Shown here: positions 1 to 13,654 of the stretch, piece by piece | Position numbering within the stretch: the first letter of the stretch is position 1 | How the letters are laid out: each line of letters opens with the position of its first letter | Source of the DNA: Squalus acanthias | Lineage: Eukaryota | DNA: 64,000 nucleotides | Direction: 5' to 3' | Assembly: GCA_030390025.1 (NCBI GenBank) | Contig: CM059432.1 | Coordinates: forward strand, 117,926,001-117,990,000 | Notes under the pieces: generated by a model | Database searches by the model: none | Told to the model about the DNA's origin: nothing | Seen by the model: the letters and a program-made list of their open reading frames with translations, nothing else | Translations under genes and position numbers: made by a program

Positions 1-1299
1 CCTAACACGTCACATGTAAAACCCTTAGATGTAAACAACTTTGCATAAAACATCTACAACAGCAGATTCTGAGCAGATTTAAACAATAACAGATCACCTG
101 ATGCAGTAAAACACAACCTGATTATTGTGAATAATGTTCAAACAAATCTAATATTTTATCATATGGATCTTCAAGACACCAAGAGTAACTTATAATTCAC
201 TTTATCATGGGTTGTCAGGCCAAAAGAGTTTGAAGGGTTTCCTTCTGTCTACTGTTTTAACAGAAGCATTAAACTATATAAAATAAAGATGATATTAAAC
301 TTAATATGCAAATGACATAATTTAATTGGATTGTTGAAACTGGAGGAAGAGCAAATAATGTACAACAGCAAACACCTCTGAAGGGTTTTAGATCTTTAAA
401 ATGAATGGGTTGAGACCTGCATTAAAATAGTAGACAGAAGAATGTTGTAGCAACAGATTAATCATTTAGATGTTAATATCACAAACATATGTTTCAGGCT
501 ACAATGTTGAACAGAACAGTGCGGATAATCACTAATCTGGAGGAAGGTAAGAAAAGACAAATGCCCTGTTGATGACAAGTTGGAGGTCAAATGAGTTTTA
601 AAATTCTTTTTCATTATTTGAAAAAGAAAAGCCCTTTGTCAAAATGGTACCTGCAGTTGCTTAAATTGTTTGAAGGGAAAGAAAAAGATTAATGAAAATG
701 TTGATTAAATGAGTTTGTATATCAGTGCAGATAGAAACAAAGATAATTAAAATTCAGAGGTAGTTTAGAAATCTTTTAGAAGGCTTTTGAATGCATTATG
801 CAATACTGAAATGGTAACATGGTTTGCGAACTATACAATACAGATCTTTCAGGGCTGTCTTGAATTGTTATAGATTATATAAATGTACATAAACTTATAT
901 CTTCTTAAAACTGAAAAAAAAACTGTTTAAAGATAGTGCATTTTTGTCAGCAAACCTTTACTGAACAGTATCCCCAACTAGCAACCCAATGTGTCCACAG
1001 CGGCAAATATTTGAAGCAACTGCACCGAAGGGCTATTTTTTTCCAAGTCATTGTTTGAATTCAGCTTTTAGTACAATCGATCGAGCACAAAGTAGGACAG
1101 AATGTCACCATACCCAAGAGAAAGTGCCAGTGAAAGAGTACATAAAAAACAACGCATTCTAACACAAGGTACAGATGAAATCTGTTCAACCTCAGTGTAT
1201 GTACAGTTAGTTGAATTTAAATGGCTTCTGAGAATGAGCAAAACAAATCAAAAGAGCTGCTATTTAATTCTTCCGTAACACACCATAAGTGACTTATAA

Positions 1300-2075
1300 T
1301 TCATGTTAGCAAACAGAATAATGTTGTCCTAATATGGCCTTTGAAGACAGCGAGAAGAGGAGTGGTGAATGCAACCTTGAGCTATGGAGCAGTTTGGTTG
1401 CCCCTTTCCGCAGTACCTCCAATGCCTCAATATTCTTGCAGCAGTTTGGCGGCCAAAACGGTACATAGTTCGTCAGGTGTGTCTCTGTCCCTCTGCATAT
1501 ACATCCCAAAATCTGGTTTGCTTTTCTTATCACTTCTGCACACTGGTTTCTGCGAGTTATTCAATAATACAATTCTGTGTTGTTTCCTGTAACTTAGAGC
1601 CAGATATTCCTACTGTTTATTTCCCTTTGCCAGTCTCATTAGCTTGTACTTATTCATATTGTATGCCTTTATCCTCCTTTCCAGACCCCTTTATGTATGG
1701 TTTACCTGCTCCCTAGTAGTTGAACCCGTCCCCCAATTTAGTCTCATCCGGAAACTTTTCTGTTCCCATCCCCAGAACATTTTGATACAATATAAACAGC
1801 AATAGCCCCAGCACTGATCCCTGTGGCACCCTGCTAGTGACCCCTTTTTAAGTTGATATGGTCCCATTCACAACCATCCTTTGTTTTCTTGAGTTTATAT
1901 ATTGCGATGCACCAATTTTCAATCCACCTCAAAAGTTTGCCTCCTTTCTGTGCTTTTTGTACCTCAGGGACTAATTGTTTGTGCGGCACCTTATCAAGAG
2001 CTTTACTGAAATTGAAGTCTATCACATCTACAGAAATTGCATTGGCAACAAGGTACATCAACTTCTCAAAGAAAT
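1300..2075 (-). mobile_element. Degenerate CR1-type LINE ORF2 (RT) fragment
   Basis: Minus-strand translations DFNFSKALDKVPH..LLRWIENW and IRKANQILGCI..FWPP..KNIEALE are CR1 RT/C-terminal motifs; broken by stops and frameshifts; boundaries approximate. Confidence 0.8.
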
Positions 2076-2094
2076 CTACTAAATCCAAGATGGT

Positions 2095-3438
2095 GGGTGA
2101 GGGAAGCCCAGTAGACATTGTCTACTTACACTTCCAAAAAGGTTTTGATACAATACCGTACAAAAGGCAAGATTGAAGACTCTGGTATTAGTGGTAATAT
2201 GTTGAGCTGGATTGAGAACTGGCTGGAAGGATATAGGCAAAACAAAGTTATAGAGTGATTTGGATTTGTTTGGAGACCAGTCACCAATACTGTCCCACAG
2301 GGATCGGTGTTGCAACCGTTGCTCTTCACTATTTTTGTTAATGATCTAGATGTAGGTGTTGGGAGCACCATCTGCCAATTTGCAGATGATACTAAGATCT
2401 GTGTAAGTGTTGGGACTGTACACAATACTTGACAGCTTCAGGCAGATCTTGATGTGTTAGGAGATTGGACTCATGACTGGCAAATTATGCTTAATTTGGA
2501 AAAGTGTAGTGTTATGCATGTGGGCAGGGTGAATGCTCAGCATACGTACACCCGTCAGGGAAAGCATTAAAGAAGATGGAGAAAGAAAGAGATCTTACAT
2601 CTCTAAAGGTACATGAGCAATGCCATGAAGTGATAGCTAGAGTGAATAGGGTGTTGGGGTGCATTCATAGGACAATTGATTATAAGATGAGGCATACTAT
2701 TTTGTCCTTGTATAAGACCTTGGTCAGGCCTCACACCATGTCCAGTTTTGGTCTCCTCACATGGTAGGTGATATTGAGGTTTTGGAAAGGGTGCAGAGGA
2801 GGGCCACTAGACTAATTCCCAGTATAAAGCATCTTACTTATCAAGATAGGCTAAAAGAGTTGGGACTCTACACTTTAAAGATATGTAGACTTAGGGGTGA
2901 TCTGATTGAGGTTTATATTTAATGAAGGGAATAGATTGTGTTCCAGTTGACAGTTTGTTTCAATTAAATAGGTTAGAGAGGACCAAGGGTCACAATTTAA
3001 AGTTGTATAAGGCCAGATCTAGGTTAGATATCAGGAGATGGTTCTTTCCCCAGAGAATAGTGGACCTCTGAAACAGGCTGCGTCTCGTGCGGTGGATGCT
3101 GATTCGCTGAATTCCTTCAAGCGAGAGCTAGACCTGTTTCTGGCTGAGGCGGAGATCACCTCTTACTGAAGGTAGGTACTGCAGGGAATTCAGGGCCAGA
3201 GTGATCTCTTGGATAAGTTTTGATTACCTAGATGGGTCGGAGAGAAATTTCCCATATTTTTCCCCCCAAATTGGCCTGGGTTTTTTATCTGTTTTTTTGC
3301 CTCTCCCAGGAGATCCCATGGTCTCTGGTGGGGTGGGGTGGGGTGTATATATTGTGATACACAAGGTATCACAATTGTGTGGGACAGGCTGGATGGACCA
3401 GAGGGTCTTTACCTGTCCGTCATTGTTCGTATGTTCGG
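2095..3438 (+). mobile_element. 5'-truncated CR1-type LINE (RT C-terminal half plus 3' UTR)
   Basis: VDIVYLHFQKGFD, PQGSVL, FADDTK, LYKTLVRPH motifs across shifting frames; ends in a short (tgttcg..) tail near 3425-3438. Confidence 0.85.
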
Positions 3439-4495
3439 ATCTCCTTCTCATAAATCCATGCTGAGCTCTTCTTATCATAGCATACCAATCTAGATGGTTA
3501 ACCATCTCTCAAGATACCTTCAAATATTTTATAAGTTGAGCTCACTGGCCTGTAATTTCTTGGGTCAACAATCCCTCTTTAAAAATTGACATTATGCTGG
3601 CTAGTTTCTAATCCTTGGGCATTGATTCCTTGAAGAAAATGTCAAAAATGTGATCGACTTTGTTAGCCATTTCCTTGTATGAAATCTATCTGGGCCTTGT
3701 TTGTTTTTGTCTTCCTATAATTTCCTCAGTTTATCAGTGGGGTGGCCATATCTGAAATTTCTAACTGCAGCCATCCTCCAGAAATTCAACCTCTGTGCTG
3801 GAGACACTGCCTCCATGAACACGGAAAAGAAGAATTAATTTGGTATATTTGCTAACTCTTCGTCATTTGTTTCCTTGTTACTTATGGGATCTTTCAGGCA
3901 CTCCATCATTTCATTACTTTTCATCTGTTGATGCAAATATATATATAAAAATGTCCTTTAATATTCCCTGCCATCTTAGCCTCATTTTTAATTTAGGCTC
4001 TTTTTTTTTACCAGTTACTTAACCTCCTTTACTTAGGTATCATATTTGTCTTGCTCTACTTTGCTACCCAAAGCTTTATACTTCAGGAACGGTTCCTCTT
4101 TTTGCCCATCCTCTCTGCATTATTTCCATTGTCTTTTCCCTCTGTTGCTCTTTTTATACTCGTGGTGGGTATCTGCTCTAAGCTCCGTGTACAGTAGGCC
4201 TAAGCATGACCTACGTTTCTTCTATGCTTTTCCTCAATAAAAGTGCTGTCAAGCCTAGTTTCCTTAGTTCTTCAAAACAATGCGGTTAATTAAATGAATC
4301 TGCGTGTGCCAACACAGAATATGGTGTACAGTGAACCAGGTGGTATGCCAAATTTTCTGGCCGTCAGCAAGGCCTTGCACCACCAGTGGGGTCTCCAAAA
4401 ATCAGCCCTTAGGTCTCTTTCAACTTCAGCCTGAGCGTAGCTCTCACCCACACTTACTGTGCACGTGTCTCTTATTTTTACTTCTAATAGATAAA

Positions 4496-5118
4496 GGGGT
4501 AGAAATTTCCAGGCAGAAATTAAGGGTAAAAAGTACCAATTATTTGTTCTATGTCCCGCATCACACAGACGCCTGAAATATGTCCGACCCGATTGTGGGT
4601 CGGGTGATTTTTCAGGCATTCCCGGCAGCCACCTAAAACAATGGTTAGGCCCCTTGCATATGTCAACGAGGGGCCTAATGCTGTTTTAGAACCCTTCTGC
4701 TACAGGCCTGAACAGAGGAGGCGTTGGGCCTACCCTGCTCAGGCTTCCCTTCATGGGTGCAGCCTCGCAAAATGCCTCCATCGAAAAGGTAAGTACTATT
4801 TTCTTTTCCAACAGCACGATATAGAGCCAAGAGAAGCAGGAGTGCTCCCTCTGGCTCCACAGCACCCCTGACGGTTGGCGCCCCCTCCCCCCGCCGGGAC
4901 TTACCCGAGGGCCGCTGCCGGCAAGGTAGGCAGCCTGAATCCTTGGAAATCGCAAGCTGCTTCTAGTGTCACAACAAGTGTCAGCAACACACTCAAAGTA
5001 TTAAAATGAGGCCCAAGGTCCAATTTAGGGCGAACCTTGGGCCTCTTGGTTTGGGCGCACGCTACGTGCGCAACATTGGTTATGCGCATTTATACGGGCC
5101 ATTACCAATTTCTACCCC
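4496..5118. mobile_element. Non-autonomous TIR element (Harbinger-like MITE)
   Basis: TIRs GGGGTAGAAATT (4496) and AATTTCTACCCC (5107-5118); GC-rich non-coding interior; internal segment resembles 31975-32560 in opposite orientation. Confidence 0.7.
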
Positions 5119-5371
5119 CACAGTACCTTGTATTTGTCCACATTGACCTGTTGATCTCACAGTCCCCTTTTGTTTAATGTCATTTACTAATTTAATTTCC
5201 TTGCATTATACCTACAATTGCAGTTCATCTATATATATCACGAACAGGAGTCCTAGCATATATCCCTGGGGCAGCTCAATCAAAATCAATCCCATTGCAA
5301 CTCGGCTCTCCTTAATACTACTCTCCACTTCTCCCTTTAGCTATTTACTGATCCACACCCATAATACAACT

Positions 5372-5875
5372 CATAGAATCATAGAAAGTTACAGCACGGA
5401 AGGAGGCTATTTCGGCCCATGGTATCCGCACCGGCCAACAAAGAGCGATCCAGCCTAATCCCACTTCCCAGCTCTTGGTCCGTAGCCCTGCAGATTAGAG
5501 CATCCCAAGTGCACATCCAAGTGCTTTTTAAATGTGGTTAGGGTTCCTGCCTCTACCACCCTTTCAGGCAGTGAGTTCCAGACCCCCACAACCTCTGGGT
5601 GAAGAAATTTCCCCTCAAATCCCCTCTAAACCTTCCACCAATTACTTTAAATCTGTGCCCCCTGGTTTTTGACCCCTCTGCTAAGGGAAATAGGTCCTTT
5701 CTATCCACTTTATCTACGCCCCTCATAATTTTATACACCTCAATAAGGTCTCCCCTCAGCCTCCTCTGTTCCAAGGAAAACAGACCCAGCCTATCCAGTC
5801 TTTCCTCGTAGCTAAGATTCTCTACTCCCGGCAACATCCTTGTAAATCTCCTCTGTACCCTCTCCAGTGCAACTG
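5372..5875 (-). mobile_element. CR1-type LINE 3' end
   Basis: ALERVQRRFTRMLPG..LSYEERLDRLGLFSLEQRRLRGDLIEVYKI; (catagaa)-type tail at 5372. Inserted into older, more decayed CR1 remnants (about 5120-5370 and 5880-6200). Confidence 0.9.
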
Positions 5876-6639
5876 ACCTTAGGCTGTGAAGGAGCATCTC
5901 ATACAATATTTTATCAATGGTCTGTTGGAATACGGTGGGTACAGTTTCCTTTGTGAATTTCAATTGTCACTCCCTCCAAAAAATCTGAAATTACTCAGGT
6001 ATGATCTACCCTTTTGAAAGTCATGTTGGCTGTCATTTGTGATGCTACTTCCCAACACAGATATTCTGCCATGATGTTTCTGATTATTTATTCCATTAGT
6101 TTCATGATTGAGATCAGGCTAACGTGTGTGCAATTACTAGGTATGGCTCTGACATCTGCCGTGAATACGGAAACTTCATTTGCTACTTCCTGTCATGTAG
6201 GAATCTTACACCCAGTAGGGAGAATCTTCTTTCAATTAGTCTGGCCTGGATTGGTACCCAGACCCAAGAGCTAAAAGGACAGGTTCTCATACATGTTAAC
6301 CATTAGCATTTTACACTGATGGGGGGTAACTTTGACTTAAATATGAAATGTGCGGGCACCTAAATTCTCTGGAGTAGATCTTGACATTGTGTGATTGTGT
6401 AAAACGGGTGATAGCGAATCGGCAGAAATGGATGGCAATGAAGGGGAATAGAAATCAATGAAGGAGAGAGAGAAGGGGGAATGAATGGTAATGAAGGGGA
6501 CAGGGAAGCGGGAAATTAATGTGAATGAAGGGAAGAGGGAAGGATGATGAGGGAGAGAGAGAAGGGAGCACAAGCTGCAAATAGTGCTTTGCGGGGCAAG
6601 AGGGGAAAAGGAGGGAGCATGCATTTTGAGATGGAGGAA

Positions 6640-7080
6640 GAAGGGGAGCTCCAGTATTAACTGAGTGGGGGAAGTTGGGATAGAAAGCTAATATAAACTA
6701 GGGGCAGAGGAGTGTCCGCTTGAATTCACTTGGGAGAAAGAGTTCTAACTTAAACTGAGGAGGGGAAATAAGTGCCAGCTTGAATGGGGAATGGAGAACA
6801 GTGTTAGCATTAATAGGGCTGGAAAAGAGTACCAACCTGAACTGGGTTGGAGGGGAGAAAAATGATTGAATTGAGGGAGTAGAGGGGGATGAGTGTCAGT
6901 TTGAATGGGGGTAAGAAGGTGAAGAAAATGCCAGATTGAATTCCGGAGGGAGAAAGAGAAGAATTACAGTATACATTAGGAGGGTTTGAAGGAAGAGAGA
7001 ATGCCTCTTTGAGAGTAAGATGGGGTGCAGTATTTCAGTGAACGGTGCATGGGGAGAATAGAGTGCCCATATGGAATGGG
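6640..7080 (+). repeat. Degenerate ~30-bp purine-rich minisatellite
   Basis: Recurring unit like GAGTGCCAGCTTGAATGGGG-purine run (e.g. aagtgccagcttgaatgggg, gagtgtcagtttgaatgggg, aatgccagattgaattcc) within a GA-rich tract 6420-7100. Confidence 0.5.
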
Positions 7081-7621
7081 CGAGGGGTTTGGGGAAGTAA
7101 TGGTTTGGGGAAGTAATGGTTTGGTTGGTCTACTGAAATTCCAAGTGCCACTTTGTGTTTCTTTCTTTAGATTCCATTATGAAGAACAAAAGTGCTTAAA
7201 ATTAACCAGAATGCACAATTTCAAAATTCTCCGGCCTGCTCCCTGTCCCAGTTTGAAGGGCACCAACATTTTTGCATGTTCACCGTTTGTATTTTCCATC
7301 TCAGCCTTACGTATTACTTTGGTTTTAGTTTCAATCCGATATAAGCAAAGTTACAAAGCCCATGTAATATTGGCCTATAATCAGGAGTGTTGTTGAGTTG
7401 TCAGCTTTTTGGGGCTGTGTTAGCTTTTTTGATGCTTATAGTCAGCTTTTGCGAGACTTCAAGGGTACCAGACCTGGGGTGCTATCTCACTGCCTGGCTC
7501 AGTCATCATTTCCAACTGCAAAATATTCCTGAATTATTCATCTGTTCCGTGCTCAGCAAACTGAGTATCATCAGGCCAGTATGTCAGTTATTTTCACACA
7601 CCAACAACTGCAAAGAATCAT

Positions 7622-9377
7622 GGGGCTGGATTTTGTGAGGGGTCAGCGGGCGCGATCGGCAGTGGGTCGGGCTTTCCCAAGCGGGTCGGGACCCTGCTGT
7701 GAACCCGCCGCCATGCGCCTTTACCAAATGTCGGGTCTGTCAGCGCTGAACAGATCCGACACGGAGCAGTGGGGGAGGCAATTTAAATCATTAGTGGCTT
7801 GTTTACAGCCACTTAACAATGGATTTTTTCCAGCTTTTTGGATTTGACAGGTCGCCCACAGGTTTCCCACTGTGCCTAGGTCTCGTCTGTGAAGCTGAGG
7901 CGGGAGGTCAGTGGCCATTGAATCAGCTGATGAGTTGACAGCTTCAAATGTCACGTCAAATCTCCCAGCTGCAAATGTCAAGTCAAAGGTCCCAGCTGAT
8001 TGAGAAATGTTCCTTTAACCACTAGCTTCTCTAAACTGCATTTCCACAACAGATTCAGAATGCTGCAAGCCTTTACCTAAGTCTCCATCTAGTCTGACCT
8101 CATTACCTCTCCCACCATTGATAGATCGCTTCTGTCACCTCTACTTCACCTGCCATCCATTCCATAAGCATGGGTGCCCTTTATACTCTCTCACCTTGGT
8201 CCTCAGAATCCCACCACAATCAGCCTCAACACCAGCATCACCAGGCACACCAGCAGCACCAGGCATACCAGCAGCACCAACAACAACACCAACCTTCTCC
8301 GCAATCATCTGATGCTGCACATAACACAGGGCATCAGCACCCGACCACATAGCTGCCCAGGAGGCCAGGGGTGGCCTCACCATGGCCAGATTTACTTCAC
8401 TTGATGCTGTACACCCTGGCTGCCACATGATGCGCCAGGTTGGCACCACCCCACACCAACACCATAAAGCATTCCTACAATGCCCAAGCCATTCCTTTCA
8501 CACTCATGACCATTGTGGGGGTTACCGTTATGTCTCACCATTCACTACAACTCACTAAGCCACTTCCAAAGGTGCACACAAATCTATCCAAGAACGCAAA
8601 GTGTTGAAAATAAAGGTTTCAATGTTTGACAGCACATTAACAGAAACTTTACATGAACATTGGATAAAACACCCAAGTGGCTACCCTTGTGTGTTGTTAG
8701 TTGGTATGATTGCACTAGGATGAGGGTGAGTGTGAGGGGTGGTTAGTGAGATGGGGATGTGATAATGTAGATAGAGAGGGATGGGTCGAGGTGCAAGGTA
8801 AGTTGGTATGAGTAAGGATATGCAGGAGTAGGATAGGGAAGGCAGAGTGACGGGGATGTGATGGCTTTGTATTAACGTTTTGTGATCTACTGAGATCATT
8901 GAAAGGTTTGCGCCACTGCACCCAGGTCCTCCCGACCACATCCTTGCTTGTGCCCTCCTCTGCAATGTGCAACCAGGCTGCGTTGATCTCCTGGGGAGGT
9001 CTCTTCTGCCTATGGGAAGGGAATTGGAGCTCCCTGTGTGCTGTGACTCCCTCCATAAGCATATGGAGGGAGTCATGGGAGAGCCCAGGTGCAGCCCTGC
9101 ACCTCTGTGCAGTGCTTGTCAGTGTTTGCATCACCTCAGTGCTGTAGAACACTGACAGCACAACTGTCAAAAGAAAGTTGACCATGGTCCCTTTAAGGAA
9201 ACCGGCTGATGACACGTCATGAATGACGTCACCAGACCCGCTTCCTCTAATTGGCCCGGGAAATGCCCAATCGAGAGAAATTCAATTCAGAGGAAGGGAT
9301 GGAGACAGCAGCGGGGCCGCGACCCGCCACCGACCCCAGCCACACCGTACCCGCCGAGGTTTGTAAAATCCAGCCCC
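7622..9377. mobile_element. Internally deleted PIF/Harbinger-like DNA transposon with Myb/SANT-like ORF remnant
   Basis: TIRs GGGGCTGGATTTT (7622) / AAAATCCAGCCCC (9365-9377); minus-strand peptide AAPGLSHDSLHMLMEGV..AWLHIAEE..RTWVQWRKPFNDL (about 8890-9130) has the Myb/SANT-like pattern of Harbinger ORF2. Confidence 0.75.
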
Positions 9378-10941
9378 ATATGTAAAAATTAGCCACCGTA
9401 CTAATCTTAAAACTGGTTATTGTTTATTTTTCAGCTCTAATGCATAGAGATAAAGTATAAAATACACTTAGATTTTACTTTTTTGTTTGCTCTTTGATAT
9501 GGAGTAATTTCCAGACAGGACACAAGTGTTTAACATTTTGCACAACTAGGCTGCTTAATTGTCTTACACTGAGCATGTTGAAATCTCGGAAATTAATCAG
9601 GGATTGAAACACAGTTGGTTGAAACATCGTTGTACAGAGAATAAGTAACAGATGTAAATCTAGGACAAGGTGGTTAACACAGGGATTTAGATAAGGTCAT
9701 AAACTCAGCGAATGTGTTATAGCCTTGGGCAAGTTCATAATCATCTCTTTTTTAATATACCGAACAAAGTGTAGCGCTCTTTAGATTCTCCCTTGGAGTC
9801 TGTGGCCTCGAAATCCGATAAGGCCCGAAAACGAGCGGTGCCACCGCGGGACGAGGTCTGCTCGTGTCCGTAAAAAAATCACAGGCAGCGCTGTTATTTT
9901 GGTGCTGCCAGATGATTTGAATGATTGGAGTGCACAGCCTAGCATGGAACACGCTGCTTCAGGCTGTGCGCTCAGCAGGAGGCCCAATGTAGCGTGGCCG
10001 TATGTCCCTGGAGCGAGGCTGCCTTTTCTTAAAGCCAGGCTGTCATTTTAGAAAGCAGTCTTGAGCCCTTAAAGGTGAACTGCCTTCTGAAAAAAAAATC
10101 ACTTAATAATAGGCAATCTCTAGCTCTTAGAGCTCAACTGGCTTCTGAAAAAACCCCAATAAAAATCATTCCAAACTCTGTAATGTAAAACATGGCAACC
10201 TTCAGCTCTTAAAGCTGAACTGCCATCTGCATGTGAAAAATAGTAAAAGTGCTTCAGCACTTACAAAAATGGCTCAACAGGCCAGGGAAAGGGAACCCAG
10301 GGTCTCTCAAACAGCACTCCAGCTTTGTGCAGGGGGTCAAAAGTGGAAGAGCAGTCCTCTATCCATAGGGAGCCAGGAGGCTCTCCAGAAGGAACGATGT
10401 GGGACCAGATTACTGAGGCCGTCACTGCCAGCTGTGTTGCCCCCATGACCTGGCTCCAGTGCCCAAAGAAGCTCCATGACCTCAGACCTGTGGTCAAGGT
10501 CAGTGAATGCATCTTCAAAAGCTGTCTCCTACCAACTGCACCACTAGCATCACACATTGCTCAATGCATGAACCCCCTCCCCATCACTCACCTACCAACA
10601 ATCTCAACCAAACACGAGGCACACCACACTTTCCTAGCTTCACCTCACCCCCCTGGAGGAGATGATGCTGGCCATTCTTGGCAGGGGCATGGCTGAGCCC
10701 TTGGCCAGCGGTGGGGCTGAAAGGATACAAGATGCCGATATCCTCATATGTTCTCACATCCCACTTCCCCCTCATCCCACAATATCTTCTGATGTACAAG
10801 TTACGCATGGTGTAAGCATGCAGCTCTTGCTTTCCCACCCTCCCCTCACCACTACCCTACCTTTGTGCCTTCCTCATTTCAGACACACAAGAAATCCAGC
10901 CTGCCCAGCCAGTGGTTGACCAAGATGAGGGAGAGGAGAGT

Positions 10942-11043
10942 GAAGAAGACGAAGAAGAAGAAGAAGAAGAAGAAGAAGAAGAAGAAGAAGAAGAAGAAGA
11001 AGAAGAAGAAGAAGAAGAAGAAGAAAAGAAGAAGAAGAAGAAA
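10942..11043 (+). repeat. (GAA)n microsatellite, about 33 units with two interruptions
   Basis: Directly visible GAA run; the longest pure stretch is about 25 units. Confidence 0.98.
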
Positions 11044-11079
11044 CACCGTCACTCGATTTCACACGCCCAGCCACCAGTT

Positions 11080-12960
11080 ACATAGATACATAGATACATA
11101 GATACATAGAAGATAGGAGCAGGAGTAGGCCATCCGGCCCTTCGAGCCTGCTCCGCCATATAATGAGATCATGGCTGATCCTCCAATTCAGTATCCCGTC
11201 CCCGCCTTCTCTCCGTAACCCTTAACCCGTTTTGCCTGTAGAAATATATCTAATTCCCTCTTAAATATATTTAATGAGCTGGCGTACACTGCCCTCTGTG
11301 GCAATGAGTTCCACAGGTTCACCACCCTCTGAGTGAAGAAATTCCCCCTCATTTCTGTCCTAAATGGTTTAGCCCTTATCCTTAAATTATGTCCTCTAGT
11401 TCTGTTCTCACCCGCCAAGGGAAACATTCCTTCTGCATCTAGTCTGTCTAGACCTGTCAGAATTTTATACACTTCTATGAGGTCCCCTCTCAATCTTCTA
11501 AACTCCAGTGTGTACATCCCTAAACTACATAGTCTCTCCTCATAGGTCAATCCCGCCATTCCTGGTATCAGCCTGGTGAATCGCCGCTGCACCCCCTCCA
11601 TGGCAAGAACATCTTTCCTCAGATGAGGCGACCAAAACTGTACACAGTACTCGAGGTGTGGTCTCACCAGTGCCCTGTACAGCTGCAGCAAGGTATCCCT
11701 GTTCCTGTATTCCAACCCTTTTGCTATGAAGGCCAGCATACTGTTTGCCTTCTTGACCGCCTGTTGCACCTGCATGCTCGCCTTCAGTGACTGGTGTACA
11801 AGAACACCCAGGTCTCTCTGTACTTCCCCCTCTCCCAATTTATTGCCATTTAAATAATAATTTGCCCTCCCGTTCCTGCAGCCAAGGTGGATAACTTCGC
11901 ACTTGTCCACATTATAGTGCATCTGCCATTTTTCCGCCCAATCACCCAGTCTGTCCAAATCGCTCTGGAGCTTCCTGGTCTCCTCCTCTGAGCCCACCCC
12001 CCCCTCCTAGTTTAGTGTCGTCTGCAAATTTGGAAATGCTGCATCCGACTCCCTGATCCAGGTCATTAATGTAAATTGTGAACAGCTGGGGACCCAGGAC
12101 AGATCCCTGCGGTACCCCACTTGTTACTACCTGCCATTCAGAAAATGAGCCGTTTATTCCAACTCTCTGTTTTCTATCTGACAGCCAGTTCTCTATCCAC
12201 GTCAATACTTTCCCCTTTATCCCATGAGCTTCAATTTTCCCTGCTAATCTTTTATGTGGGACCTTGTCGAAGGCCTTTTGGAAGTCCAGGTACACCACAT
12301 CTACTGGCTCTCCCCCATCTATTTTACCAGTTACTCCCTCAAAAAATTCCAATAGATTAGTCAAGCACGATTTACCCTTTGTAAATCCATGTTGACTCTG
12401 TCCTATCCTGTCCCCATTTGCTAAGTGCTCCGCTATTTCATCCTTAATGATGGACTCCAGCATTTTGCCCACAACTGATGTAAGGCTTACAGGTCTGTAA
12501 TTACCTGCTTTTTCCCTACCCCCCTTTTTGAATAGTGGGGTAACGTTAGCTACCCTCCAATCCATGGGCACTGTTCCCGAGTCTAATGAATTCTGAAAAA
12601 TCATACTTAGTGCATCCGCTATCTCTAGGGCCACCTCCTTCAGTACCCTAGGATGCATGTTATCAGGCCCTGGGGATTTGTCCGCCTTCAATCCCTTTAG
12701 CTTCCTTAACACCATATCCTTAGAGATATTGATTTGCGTCAGTTCCTCCTTTGCCAATGTCTCTATTTTTCCCGATATCCCAGGGAGGTTTTTTGTGTCT
12801 TCCTTCGTAAAGACTGACCCAAAGTATGCATTTAGTTGGTCTGCCATTTCCTTATTTCCCGTTATATATTCCCCCGTATCTGACTGCAATGGACCAACTT
12901 TGGTTTTCACCAGTCTTTTCCTCTTGATATACTTATAAAAGCTTTTGGAGTTAGTTTTTG
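11080..12960 (-). mobile_element. Young 5'-truncated CR1-type LINE
   Basis: ORFs 11942-13006 and 11188-11997 give continuous CR1 RT ([42 protein letters not shown]) with one frameshift in the C-run near 11997-12005; (CATAGATA)n tail at 11081-11108; AGTT on both sides as a possible TSD. Confidence 0.95.
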
Positions 12961-13499
12961 GAGTTCCTTGAGGTTGTCCAGCAAGGTCATTTACAGTGTC
13001 CCCCACTGAAATTCAGCAGTCTTCCACCAGCCATGCTGCAGCCACTGGGGTAGCACTGCATGACATCAGTAGGATAGGCAAAGGCACACACAAGACAGTC
13101 ACTAAGAGAATGTATAAGGCTGATTAGTAGATTTTTTGATGTCATTTTTGATGCATATATGGATAAAGTTGGATTGGAAAGTTTGCTTTGTGGTAGATTT
13201 TATTTCAGCATTGTAGCCAAGAGGACGCTGTGATGGTCAGTAACAGAGGGAAGGTAGGTATGGGACAAATGTTGAAAAGGGAATTGGGGTCGTGGTCACT
13301 GGTACCGCAGGTGGATGATTCAATCCTGGATATCCCGGCCAGAAAGGCGCTGTCTGGATTGCTTCTTTCCTTTCGCTTCTTCCTCTTCTGCATCTTCTTC
13401 TTCTGCTTCCTCCTCTTCCCTCTGCGAGCAGCTTGTCCCCTTTGTTGCCTCTGCTTCATCTCCATGTACCCCTAGGACTGTGAACAAGTGGTCTTCTCA

Positions 13500-13654
13500 G
13501 AGACAAAATACTGCGGATGCTGGAAATCTGAAATAATAGCAGAAAATGCTGGAAATACTCAGCAGGTCAGGCAGCATTTAGACCTGAAAAATTGACTCTG
13601 TTTCACTCTCCACAGATGCTGCCTGATCTGCTGAGTATTTCCAGCATTTTCTGT
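13500..13654. repeat. Inverted pair of Penelope-like pLTR fragments (hairpin)
   Basis: CAGAAAATGCTGGAAATACTCAGCAGGTCAGGCAGCAT (from 13540) is the near-perfect reverse complement of 13616-13653; the same sequence ends the Penelope-like fragment at about 16640-16690. Confidence 0.75.

Larger units (their letters stand above)
9804..13495 (+). mobile_element. Decayed Harbinger-like transposon (Myb/SANT-like gene on +, acidic transposase C-terminus on -), interrupted by CR1
   Basis: End GGCCTCGAAATCCGA at 9804; MAQQARER..MWDQITEAVTAS..TWLQCPKKLHDL with donor AAG|GTCAGT near 10499 and acceptor tttcag near 10880; resumes after the CR1 at about 12962; 13200-13470 matches 63430-63700 in reverse. Confidence 0.7.

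Noticed and set aside
10865..11101. Poly-Lys and poly-Leu ORFs
   Set aside because: Translations of the GAA microsatellite.
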